Shown here in pieces: positions 17,846 through 25,747 of a stretch of 28,926 nt of DNA. How positions within the stretch are numbered: the stretch's first letter is position 1; each line of letters opens with the position of its first letter. Source of the DNA: an uncultured archaeon. GTDB lineage: Archaea; Hadarchaeota; Hadarchaeia; Hadarchaeales; Hadarchaeaceae. A program made the position numbers and the translations under genes. The DNA lies in assembly GCA_937921735.1 (NCBI GenBank), contig CAKZTQ010000017.1, positions 1 to 28,926 of the forward strand, given 5' to 3'. The notes under the pieces were generated by a model. The model was not told where the DNA came from. It searched no databases and saw only the letters and a list, made by a program, of their open reading frames with translations.

Positions 17846-19050
17846 ATCCCCATTATTCTTCTAGTTAACGAGAACATCGACATACTAATTAAGATTACCA
17901 CAGGTATGGTCAAAATCCAAAAGGCTATTATCTTGGCGGTAACCCGTTTGCTCACCCCGGCTAATCCTCTCGAAGCCAAGCCGACTCCAATTATTGACCC
18001 CACAGTAGCATGCGTGGTTGATATTGGTACGCCAAACCCCAGAAAAAGTGAAGGTAAAACCGTGAAAAGAAAAACGATGATCGCATTCGCATACTCTGCG
18101 GCGGCTCCCTTCAGTATGTCCAGCCTAGTTACTTTGTAAGCAGTGACCGCCAAGACCTTATATCCCCATGTAAAGGCTCCGAGCGCTATCCCTACCGAAC
18201 CCAACACAGAAAGTAAAAACATCGTGGTGAATGTCGGGTTGCCAGTTATTATTTGGGTAGGCGTCACATAAACACCTGTGGCGTTTGCCATGTCATTAGC
18301 ACCGAAGGAGAAAGCGGAGAAACAAAGGCCTATTATCAAAAGAGCAGAAAGGAAATTGGATGTCCCAAACTCACCGTATTTGACTTTTAGGGTATACACT
18401 GAAATCGAAGATAAAACGACCGCAACTGGAAAAGCCATCAAAAAAACATTAAAAGACTTCAACTGTAGAATCCGATAAAAAATCGTGAACGACGTTGAGA
18501 AGGAGAGAATTAGTATTAATGTGTAAATTATTACCAGATTTGCCCTCTCTGTTCTCTTCCCTTTAAAAAAATATCTCAGGAGGAAGTATAATCCAGCCGC
18601 CGATATTGCCGCTAGAATTGGGGAGGTGATCAAACTCGCAATGACCACGTAGAGGTTATTCCATCTCAGCGGGGCCGATATTGCCAAGCCAAAACCAACC
18701 ACGCCGCCGATTATCGAGTGTGTGGTCGAAACGGGCAGACCCAGATAAGTACAGAGGGTTATCCAAAGCCCGGCTGAAAGAGAGGCGGAAAAACTTCCTG
18801 CTATCAAAGCCTCGACGCTCAAACTTTCCCTATCGACCAATCCGCGATCAATCGTCTTCATGACCATTGGGCCCAACGTGACGCCGCCCAAAGCTGCGAA
18901 AATGGCAAATAAAATCATAGCTTTTCTCATGCTCAGGACTCCGGCTCCTACGGCACAATCGGTGGGATTGGCGGCATCGTTGGCTCCCAAACACCAAGCG
19001 ATATAAAAAGACAAGGCCAACCCAACACCGTAGATTACCAGCTCCATCAT
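17842..19050 (-). CDS. pit: Inorganic phosphate transporter (PiT family)
   Basis: Two signatures GANDAAN and GANDMANA, PVSTTH/PISTTH, multiple TM helices; SD AGGAGG before ATG 19050. Confidence 0.95.
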   Translation of the reverse strand: MMELVIYGVGLALSFYIAWCLGANDAANPTDCAVGAGVLSMRKAMILFAIFAALGGVTLGPMVMKTIDRGLVDRESLSVEALIAGSFSASLSAGLWITLCTYLGLPVSTTHSIIGGVVGFGLAISAPLRWNNLYVVIASLITSPILAAISAAGLYFLLRYFFKGKRTERANLVIIYTLILILSFSTSFTIFYRILQLKSFNVFLMAFPVAVVLSSISVYTLKVKYGEFGTSNFLSALLIIGLCFSAFSFGANDMANATGVYVTPTQIITGNPTFTTMFLLSVLGSVGIALGAFTWGYKVLAVTAYKVTRLDILKGAAAEYANAIIVFLFTVLPSLFLGFGVPISTTHATVGSIIGVGLASRGLAGVSKRVTAKIIAFWILTIPVVILISMSMFSLTRRIMGI

Positions 19051-19238
19051 CTCGAACCTCCTGCTCAAAAGTTCCTTTTGAACATAAAAAATACTGACAG
19101 CATCACTGCTTCTATTCCCAACCTTTCAAAAAGACAGCCATAACCGCGCCGCCACAATTTTCTTTATTTCATCATCGGTAGCATTGGTAATAGTAGATTT
19201 TCCAACCTATTTGCCACCAAAAATGCCAATAATCCTCC

Positions 19239-19475
19239 TTACGATGAATGAAAACATGGGACGATGACCGTGAAGTAAATTGATTCGAGAGCAAAAATGG
19301 GAGCTACAATACTAACGTAACTATCAAAAAGACCGCCCAAGAAAACCAAAAGCTGCCCTTTTATGGCTGCGATAGATGGGTAAGAGTTTGCCACCAAAAC
19401 AGGGCCCTAAACCAAAAGCTATAGGGCCAACAGAAAGATGATGTAAATGATCTCGATGGTGCTCAGGCTGTCCAC
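19239..19475 (-). pseudogene. Possible decayed small membrane-protein gene
   Basis: Hydrophobic frame MDSLSTIEIIYIIFLLAL*LLV*GPVLVANSYPSIAAIKGQLLVFLGGLFDSYVSIVAPIFALESIYFTVIVPCFHSS* with two internal TAG. Confidence 0.25.
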
Positions 19476-19526
19476 GGACCCAATTAATCCCGTGGGGAAT
19501 TTAAAGGCCAAGCAGCGGTTGGTGGT

Positions 19527-20288
19527 ATGCAACTTTTCGACCCCCTGAAGCTGGCAGACGACATCGAGAGGATCGTGGTCAGGGGTGAGCTGAGGAAGTA
19601 CTATCGAGTCGCCAGACCCGGTAGGTGGTATGGGGGCATAGCCAGCGCCGACTGCTGCGGTTGCTGCTTGAAGTGTGTCTTTTGCTGGAGCGGGGCGCCC
19701 CGCGATAACCCTGACACCATAGGCAATTTTTATTCGCCGGAGCACATCTTCAACAAACTCGACGGTTGTGCGCGCAAGTTCGGCTACTCACAGCTCAGGG
19801 TGAGCGGGAACGAGCCTACGATAGGCAGAAGGCACCTGCTGAGGCTCCTGGAGCTCGTCGAGGGAACGGATTATTCCTTCATCTTGGAGACGAACGGCAT
19901 ACTCCTTGGCCACGATAGGGGATACGCTGAGGAACTCTCGAAATTCGAACGAGTACACGTCAGGGTCTCGATAAAGGGCACGAACGAGCGGGAGTTCTCG
20001 GACCTCACCGGCGCCCTACCCGAGGCGTTTGAGCTCCAGCTGAAAGCGCTGGGGAACTTGCTCGACGCCGGGGTCTCCTGTCACCCGGCGGTGATGCTCT
20101 CCTTCAGCCAGCCACGAGGGCTCGAACAGCTCAAGGAGAGACTGGGTGGGATCGACCCCAGCCTGCCGAGAAGCGTGGAGGAGGAGTACGTCTTCCTTTA
20201 CCCCCACGTCGTCGAGAGGCTCAAGCGCGCGGGCTTAAAGCCCAGGGTCTCTTATAGCCCCGACGGTATACCGGAGGAGCTGGTGTGA
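19527..20288 (+). CDS. Radical SAM protein (COG5014-like)
   Basis: WYGGIASADCCGCCLKCVFCW (CxxxCxxC), RVSGNEP, FILETNGILLG, RVSIKG. Confidence 0.9.
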   Translation: MQLFDPLKLADDIERIVVRGELRKYYRVARPGRWYGGIASADCCGCCLKCVFCWSGAPRDNPDTIGNFYSPEHIFNKLDGCARKFGYSQLRVSGNEPTIGRRHLLRLLELVEGTDYSFILETNGILLGHDRGYAEELSKFERVHVRVSIKGTNEREFSDLTGALPEAFELQLKALGNLLDAGVSCHPAVMLSFSQPRGLEQLKERLGGIDPSLPRSVEEEYVFLYPHVVERLKRAGLKPRVSYSPDGIPEELV

Positions 20289-20626
20289 GGATAGATTCCT
20301 ACGAGTTCGGCCGCATAGTGATCGATGGTCGAACCTATACCTCGGACGTCATCATTTTCCCCGATCGGGTCAAGGGCAACTGGTGGCGCAGGGAGGGCCA
20401 CAAGCTACACGTCGACGACCTAGAGGAGGTCCTCGCGGCGAGGCCTGAAGTGCTCGTGGTGGGCAAGGGTTATTCCGGGATGATGGAGGTGCCGCGCGAG
20501 ACCGCTGAGTACGTCAAAACTAAGGGGATCGAGCTCGTGGCGGAGGACACGCATAAGGCGGTTGAGGTCTACAACAGGCTCGCGAGATCGAGGAAGGTGG
20601 CCGCTGCCCTCCACCTCACCTGCTAG
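20285..20626 (+). CDS. Mth938-like (DUF498) protein
   Basis: IDSYEFG.IVIDG..Y.SD, WWRREGH, PEVLVVG.G..G, C-terminal LHLTC. Confidence 0.92.
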   Translation: MRIDSYEFGRIVIDGRTYTSDVIIFPDRVKGNWWRREGHKLHVDDLEEVLAARPEVLVVGKGYSGMMEVPRETAEYVKTKGIELVAEDTHKAVEVYNRLARSRKVAAALHLTC

Positions 20627-22022
20627 ACGTCAGCTGCACGGGGACGCCTTCCTCGGGGAGCACCGCGCTCGGGACCTCTCGCTTGAAGGTGGAATAGCCC
20701 TTGGTGTGCACCGGGATCACCAGCTTCGGAGCCACTTCCTCGATTAGCCTGAGGACCTCATCGCCGGAGAGGTGGCCCGAAGCATGGAGGTGGCGGTAGC
20801 GCAAGCGGAAGTGCTCCAGCCAGCTCCTGAACCTTTTGAAGTCTATGGCTTGCTCCTCGGTGATGGGCTCGCTGGTGGCGTGGATGTAGATCCCCCGCTC
20901 GGGCTTGAGGTCAACGAGGTTCTGCACGCTGTAGTAGTCCATGTAGATGATGAGCTCGTCCATGTGCTCCCTGATCCAGTCGTGCCGCCTGCTGTTCTCA
21001 AGCGAGAGGAGATCCCTCTCCCACTTGTAGTACTCCCTCTCGTCGTAGCTCCCGAGCTCCTTTGGCTCGATGTATATCAGGAGGTCCTCGAGCTTCAAAC
21101 CCACGACGTCGCCTAGCTCCCTCACGTAGTAGGCGAGCTTCGTCGGCACCACCAAAGTACGCTCGGCCAACGATGCGACCTCGAACATGGTGCGAAGCCT
21201 GTCGAAGTCGCGGGGCGAGAAGTCCACGAAGACCGGCTCGTCCCTCGCGGCCTTGACCTCCTCCAGCGCCTTTCGCCTTACCTCCTCCTCGCTCTCCAGC
21301 TTGGGCTGCGGGGTCACCTCGCCGACGTTCGTGCCTTCGATGATCAAAACATCGACGTCCTCCTCGCGCAACCTTCGGATGAACTCGATCGAGAGCTTCC
21401 TACGCGGCCCGTGTAATCGCATGTCCCCGGTGTAGGCTACGGTGCCCTCGCTCGCGTGGATCAAATAGCCGCACGCGCCGAAGGTGGAGTGGTCCACCTC
21501 GAGCGCCTCGAGCTCTAGCTCCGCCTCCTCCGGTCGAGCGAAGGGCCGCTCGAACTCCTCCCACCTGTTGGAGGGTACGTACTCGCCGAACGGTCTAAGC
21601 TTGCCGCTGAGGAACTCGCTCTCGAAGCCTCCCCTCGAGCTCTCCTGGTAGACCTCCAGTATCCTGCGGGCGGTGGTGAGGCAGTGGATGGGGATGCGTG
21701 GATCCAGAAGTGGAATGCAACCCGCGTGGTCCATGTGGGGATGGCTCAGCAGCACGCCGTCGATGGTCGGCTCAACCTGCTGCACGCCCGCGGGCTTCAA
21801 GAGGTCCTCCCTGTAGAGGCCTTGAAGCCTGGGCACCAGCCCGAGCTCGAGGTAGTCCCTGAGGCCAGCGGAGCTCCTGGGCTGGAGGAACTCCGCGAAG
21901 TATTTGTTGACCCTCTCGAAGCTCAGGCCGAAGTCCAAGAGAAACCTCAAGTCCCCGTCCTCGAGCAAGATCTTGTTGCCCCCGATCTCGTCGCGGCCGC
22001 CGTAGAGAGTTATGCTCGTCAA
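20616..22022 (-). CDS. MBL-fold (RNase J-like, beta-CASP-type) metallo-hydrolase
   Basis: GG.DEIGGNKIL, LDFG, SHPHMDH, VDHS, YTGD.R.HG, IEGT, HASGH, PVHT; TTG 22022 after SD-like GAGGGTG (ORF extends to 22127). Confidence 0.9.
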   Translation of the reverse strand: MTSITLYGGRDEIGGNKILLEDGDLRFLLDFGLSFERVNKYFAEFLQPRSSAGLRDYLELGLVPRLQGLYREDLLKPAGVQQVEPTIDGVLLSHPHMDHAGCIPLLDPRIPIHCLTTARRILEVYQESSRGGFESEFLSGKLRPFGEYVPSNRWEEFERPFARPEEAELELEALEVDHSTFGACGYLIHASEGTVAYTGDMRLHGPRRKLSIEFIRRLREEDVDVLIIEGTNVGEVTPQPKLESEEEVRRKALEEVKAARDEPVFVDFSPRDFDRLRTMFEVASLAERTLVVPTKLAYYVRELGDVVGLKLEDLLIYIEPKELGSYDEREYYKWERDLLSLENSRRHDWIREHMDELIIYMDYYSVQNLVDLKPERGIYIHATSEPITEEQAIDFKRFRSWLEHFRLRYRHLHASGHLSGDEVLRLIEEVAPKLVIPVHTKGYSTFKREVPSAVLPEEGVPVQLTSSR

Positions 22023-22075
22023 GCGCACCCTCGTAAAGCGATCGCCGGCCGCGAAAATAAACCTGCCCTTCGTTC

Positions 22076-22089
22076 TCCCCTTATAAACC
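22076..22089. promoter_or_regulatory. TATA box (TTATAAA) between divergent genes
   Basis: About 26 nt upstream of ATG 22114 (leaderless geometry); also reads as a TATA on the minus strand towards the MBL gene. Confidence 0.55.
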
Positions 22090-22113
22090 GCCCCTCGCCA
22101 ATGGGGTGGCGGG

Positions 22114-22443
22114 ATGATGGGGAACATCCATTACCAAACGCTGGAAGCGGTCGAGCCCGAGGAGCTCGAGATCCTTAGGCGATTGAAGGAGGACTACAAC
22201 AGCGGGTGCAGGTCCAGCAGGGAGCGCATCAAGCTTTGGCGGAAGGGCGACATTTTGATCTGCATGGAGCCCCCGGAGGCCAGATGGGGCTTCAGCTGGG
22301 CTGGAGACGGCGGCAAGGGGCGCGTGCTCGAGGCGCTGCTGAGGATGTCGGCTGCCACCCCTAGGCTGACCTGGGTGATCTTCGACGAGGACCGGCGCGC
22401 TGAGATCGCGATTCGGGGCGGTAGGCCGGTCAGCGTGGCTTAA
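22114..22443 (+). CDS. Hypothetical protein (109 aa)
   Basis: Host-like codon usage, TATA at leaderless distance, fills the gap before the Cas2-like gene; no family recognised. Confidence 0.7.
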   Translation: MMGNIHYQTLEAVEPEELEILRRLKEDYNSGCRSSRERIKLWRKGDILICMEPPEARWGFSWAGDGGKGRVLEALLRMSAATPRLTWVIFDEDRRAEIAIRGGRPVSVA

Positions 22444-22455
22444 GCGGGGACATCG

Positions 22456-22701
22456 ATGGCTTACCTGCTCATTTACGATCTAGACGGCAGGAGCCGAGCG
22501 AGACGGAGGCTTTTCAGGTATCTGAAAAGAAACGCCGAGCTTGTACAGCACTCGGTGTGGAGGTTCAGCGATCTCACCGCGCTGCGGCGGGCTGCGGGGT
22601 TGGTGATGACCGCACGTGGCAAGGTCTTGGCCTTCTCGGAGGACGACCGCATCCTTCTCGCGCCGACGGAAGTGAAGCGATTTTTGTCGAGCCTTAAATA
22701 G
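22456..22701 (+). CDS. Orphan Cas2/VapD-like ferredoxin-fold protein
   Basis: 81 aa; YLLIYDL (Asp8), R.RRRL.RYLK helix and VQHSVW match the Cas2 YDI...R..K..K.L...VQ.SVF pattern; no cas1 or array in the window. Confidence 0.75.
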   Translation: MAYLLIYDLDGRSRARRRLFRYLKRNAELVQHSVWRFSDLTALRRAAGLVMTARGKVLAFSEDDRILLAPTEVKRFLSSLK

Positions 22702-22708
22702 GGTGATA

Positions 22709-22923
22709 TGTCCTATTTAGGACACGAGCAACGCGATTACAGCTGATGTCCTATTTGGGTCATTCGCCATGGTGAGACTTGACCCTCCGATTACGGAACT
22801 AACTCAGGCATCCAAAAAGACCGAAATCATTTGGTTCAAAAACGGCGAAATATGTATCTTGCCGCAAAAATACTTCGCGACTGAGGTGATGTCTCAAATA
22901 GGACATGTGTCCTAAATAGGACA
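22709..22923. repeat. Four 16-bp imperfect palindromic boxes in inverted pairs around an AT-rich core
   Basis: TGTCCTATTTAGGACA 22709-22724; TGTCCTATTTGGGTCA 22747-22762; TGTCTCAAATAGGACA 22890-22905; TGTCCTAAATAGGACA 22908-22923 (exact reverse complement of the first). Confidence 0.9.
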
Positions 22924-22970
22924 AAGCGAAGAACGAACCTAAAATTTGGCGGGTGTGGACTTTGAACGCG

Positions 22971-24374
22971 ATGCCCATGGAGATCGCCGAGTACGCCGTC
23001 GAACTCGCGATGAGGCTCGGCGCACGCTACGCCGACGTCAGGCTAGAACGCTCTAGCGCGGAAGACATCGTCGTCAAGGACGGAGCCGTCGAGAGCGTGA
23101 GGTTCGGGAAAGAAAGTGGCTTGGGCATCCGAGTCCTCGCTGGCGCTTGGGGTTTTGCGTCCACCAACGAGTTGACGAAATCAGCCGTCGGGGATGCCGT
23201 TAGGGCGGCCATGGGCATGGCGAGGGCGACGAGAGATCATGGGGAGGTAAAGCTCGCGGAGATCGAGGCCTGCGAGGCCCGCTCACGGGCCGTCGGGAAG
23301 AGGGACCCATTCGAGGTTGAGTTGGGCGAGAAGATCGAACTCTGCTTGGAGGCGGATGAAAGGGCCCGCGCGGTTGAGCACGTGAAGCGAACCTCGACCG
23401 CGATCTCCTGCGAGCGCGTCGAGAAGGTCCTCGTGAGCAGCGAGGGCGCGAGGATAGAATCCGAGAGCGTGCGCACGTACGCCGAGGTCTTCGCGCTTGC
23501 CAAGCGAGGAGAGGTAACGGAGTACGTGGACGACCTCGCCGGCGGCACGGGGGGCTTCGAGATAGTGGAGGGGTTCGACATGCCCGCTCGAGCCGAGGAG
23601 GTGGGCAGGCGGGCGTCGACGCTAGCGGGGGCGAGGACCTTGCCGCGGCAGAAGTTGCCCGTGGTGCTCGACCAAGACTTCGTCGCCCTGCTCGTCCACG
23701 AGATAATCGGCCACCCGAGCGAGGCCGACCGGGTGCTCGGGAGGGAGGCGGCGTGGGCGGGCAAGGCGTGGTGGGCCGGAAAGCTAGGCGAGAGAGTGGG
23801 CTCGAGGCAACTCAACGCGGTCGACGACCCACGGGTTGAGGGGGCACTTGGATACTTCGAGTACGACGACGAGGGTACCCCGGCCAAGCGGAAACAATTG
23901 ATACGCAACGGGGTGCTGCTCGAACACATGCACAGCAGGGAGACCGCCGCCGCGTTTGGGGTGGAGCCCAACGGCGGCATGCGCGCCCAGAGCTTCAGGT
24001 ACCTCCCCCTCATCCGCATGAGCAACACCTTCATCGAGCCGGGTGACTTCAAGCGCGAGGAGCTGTTTGAAATCCCTCGAGGGGTGTACTTAAAGGGGGC
24101 CAAGATCCCGAGCATAGATTCAAGGCGCTACGATTTCCAAATAAGCGCTAAGGAGGCCTTCCTCATCGAACGCGGCGAGCTGGTGGGACCCTTCCGCGAC
24201 GCCTCGCTGGTCGGGGTGGCGCCGGAGTTCTTTCGGAGCATCGACGCGGTGGCGGATGACCTCGAGATGAGGCCGATACCGAATTGCGGCAAGGGCGATC
24301 CCATGCAGACCTTGCACGTGGGCAACGGCGGGCCCCACCTGCGGGGCAGGGGGTTGATAGCGGGGGCGAGATGA
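22971..24374 (+). CDS. tldD: TldD family metalloprotease
   Basis: YADVR, G.GIRVL.GAWGFAST, HEIIGHPSEADR, YDDEG, RMSNTFIEPG, CGKG.P.Q. Confidence 0.94.
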   Translation: MPMEIAEYAVELAMRLGARYADVRLERSSAEDIVVKDGAVESVRFGKESGLGIRVLAGAWGFASTNELTKSAVGDAVRAAMGMARATRDHGEVKLAEIEACEARSRAVGKRDPFEVELGEKIELCLEADERARAVEHVKRTSTAISCERVEKVLVSSEGARIESESVRTYAEVFALAKRGEVTEYVDDLAGGTGGFEIVEGFDMPARAEEVGRRASTLAGARTLPRQKLPVVLDQDFVALLVHEIIGHPSEADRVLGREAAWAGKAWWAGKLGERVGSRQLNAVDDPRVEGALGYFEYDDEGTPAKRKQLIRNGVLLEHMHSRETAAAFGVEPNGGMRAQSFRYLPLIRMSNTFIEPGDFKREELFEIPRGVYLKGAKIPSIDSRRYDFQISAKEAFLIERGELVGPFRDASLVGVAPEFFRSIDAVADDLEMRPIPNCGKGDPMQTLHVGNGGPHLRGRGLIAGAR

Positions 24375-25726
24375 TGCTCGAGGTAGCGCGCAAGGCGGTG
24401 GAGCTCGCCGAAAAGCAAGGCGCAAAGGAGGCCGAGGCCTTCGTCGCCGAGAGCTCGGTGACGACGGTGAGGATGGCTTCCGGTAGGGTAGTTGAGGTAA
24501 AGCGGACGCGCGAGAGCGGCATAGGCCTTCGCGCGGCGATCGGGCAAAGGGTAGGATTTGCCTCCGCCAACGAGCTCACGCGAGAGGTGGTGGAACGAGC
24601 GGTCTCGATCGCCCGCGCGAGGCCGCCCGACCCCAACTTCCCGGGCTTCGCGCCGCCGGCGAGGCCAAAAAGGGTCAAGGGTATCTACGACAAGGCGCTG
24701 GCCTCCATGCCGTACGAGCGAGCGACATCGATGGCTGAGCTCATGCTCGAGTCCGCCCTCGGCTACGATAAGCGCATCGCCGAGGCGTCGGGCGCGCTCA
24801 CCGCCATCGTGGAGTACTGCGCGATCGCGAACACGAACGGGCTAGCCGTCGTGGACAGGGCCACGAGGATCGTGGGGCACCTCACTGCGGAAGCTCGAGA
24901 TTCGAGGCGATCGGAGGGCGCCGCCTGGCTGGGTGCGACGGGGCTGAAGGCGCTGAGGATCGAGGAGATCGGCAGACGCGCCGCGGAGCTGGCGGTGAAC
25001 TCCCTAAAGCCCTTGAAGACCCCTCCGGGCAGCTACGACGTCATACTCGAACCTCCCGCAGCGGCCGATCTGTTCTACCACATGCTGGCCTACGCCGTCA
25101 ACGGACAGGAGGTCCACGATCGGATATCCTATCTCTCCGACCGCATGGGCGAGACCGTCGCGGCCGAGGAGCTGAGCATCTGCGACTGGGGGAACATGCC
25201 GGGGGGGCTTTGCTCGAGGAAGGTCGATGACGAAGGGGTGCCGGCCCAAAGAACGCCCCTAATCGAGCGCGGTAGGCTGGTGGGCTTCGTGTACGACTTA
25301 TACTATGCCGCTAAGGCCAAGGGCAAGAGCACGGGTAACGGACTTCGCGTCTCGGATCTGCCAGCGCGCTGCCATGCCGTCGAGCCAAGTCCGCACGCAA
25401 CGAACTTGGTAATCTCGCCGGGCGATTTCGAGCGCGAGGAGCTGATCGCGGACACCAGACGAGGGCTCCTGCTCTCGCGCATCTGGTACACGTACCCCAT
25501 GGCCCCTCAGCTCGGGGACTTCTCGACGACCTCCAGGTGCGGCTTCTTGGTGCGCGATGGCGAGATCGCGGGGGCCATAGAGCAGGTGCGCATCCACGAA
25601 AACATGCCCCGCTTGCTCAAGGCCATCTCGGGCATAGCTGAAGACCAAGAGCAGGTGATGCCGTGGGGGGCCTCCGCCTCGGTATGCTCGCCCAGCCTTC
25701 GCTTCAGCAACGTCCGCGTGGGGTGA
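24371..25726 (+). CDS. pmbA: TldE/PmbA family protein
   Basis: AEAF, GIGLR....RVGFASAN, DDEGVP, LIERG.L, STGNG, NL.I.PG, GDFS; lacks HExxxH; ATGA overlap with tldD. Confidence 0.92.
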   Translation: MMLEVARKAVELAEKQGAKEAEAFVAESSVTTVRMASGRVVEVKRTRESGIGLRAAIGQRVGFASANELTREVVERAVSIARARPPDPNFPGFAPPARPKRVKGIYDKALASMPYERATSMAELMLESALGYDKRIAEASGALTAIVEYCAIANTNGLAVVDRATRIVGHLTAEARDSRRSEGAAWLGATGLKALRIEEIGRRAAELAVNSLKPLKTPPGSYDVILEPPAAADLFYHMLAYAVNGQEVHDRISYLSDRMGETVAAEELSICDWGNMPGGLCSRKVDDEGVPAQRTPLIERGRLVGFVYDLYYAAKAKGKSTGNGLRVSDLPARCHAVEPSPHATNLVISPGDFEREELIADTRRGLLLSRIWYTYPMAPQLGDFSTTSRCGFLVRDGEIAGAIEQVRIHENMPRLLKAISGIAEDQEQVMPWGASASVCSPSLRFSNVRVG

Positions 25727-25747
25727 CGAGGCGACGCGGGTGTGCCC

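Noticed and set aside
19239-19475. TAG recoding (pyrrolysine) to rescue the interrupted ORF
   Set aside because: TAG is the normal stop of many conserved genes here (psmA, SBDS, rrp4, rpoP, pcc1)
14293-19520. Integrated virus or plasmid (PrimPol + thyX + low GC)
   Set aside because: No integrase, helicase, structural genes or att repeats; the PrimPol has host-like codon usage
22709-22923. CRISPR array next to the Cas2-like gene
   Set aside because: Units are only 16-18 bp, spacing is irregular (22, about 127 and 2 bp) and half are inverted; this does not fit repeat-spacer architecture
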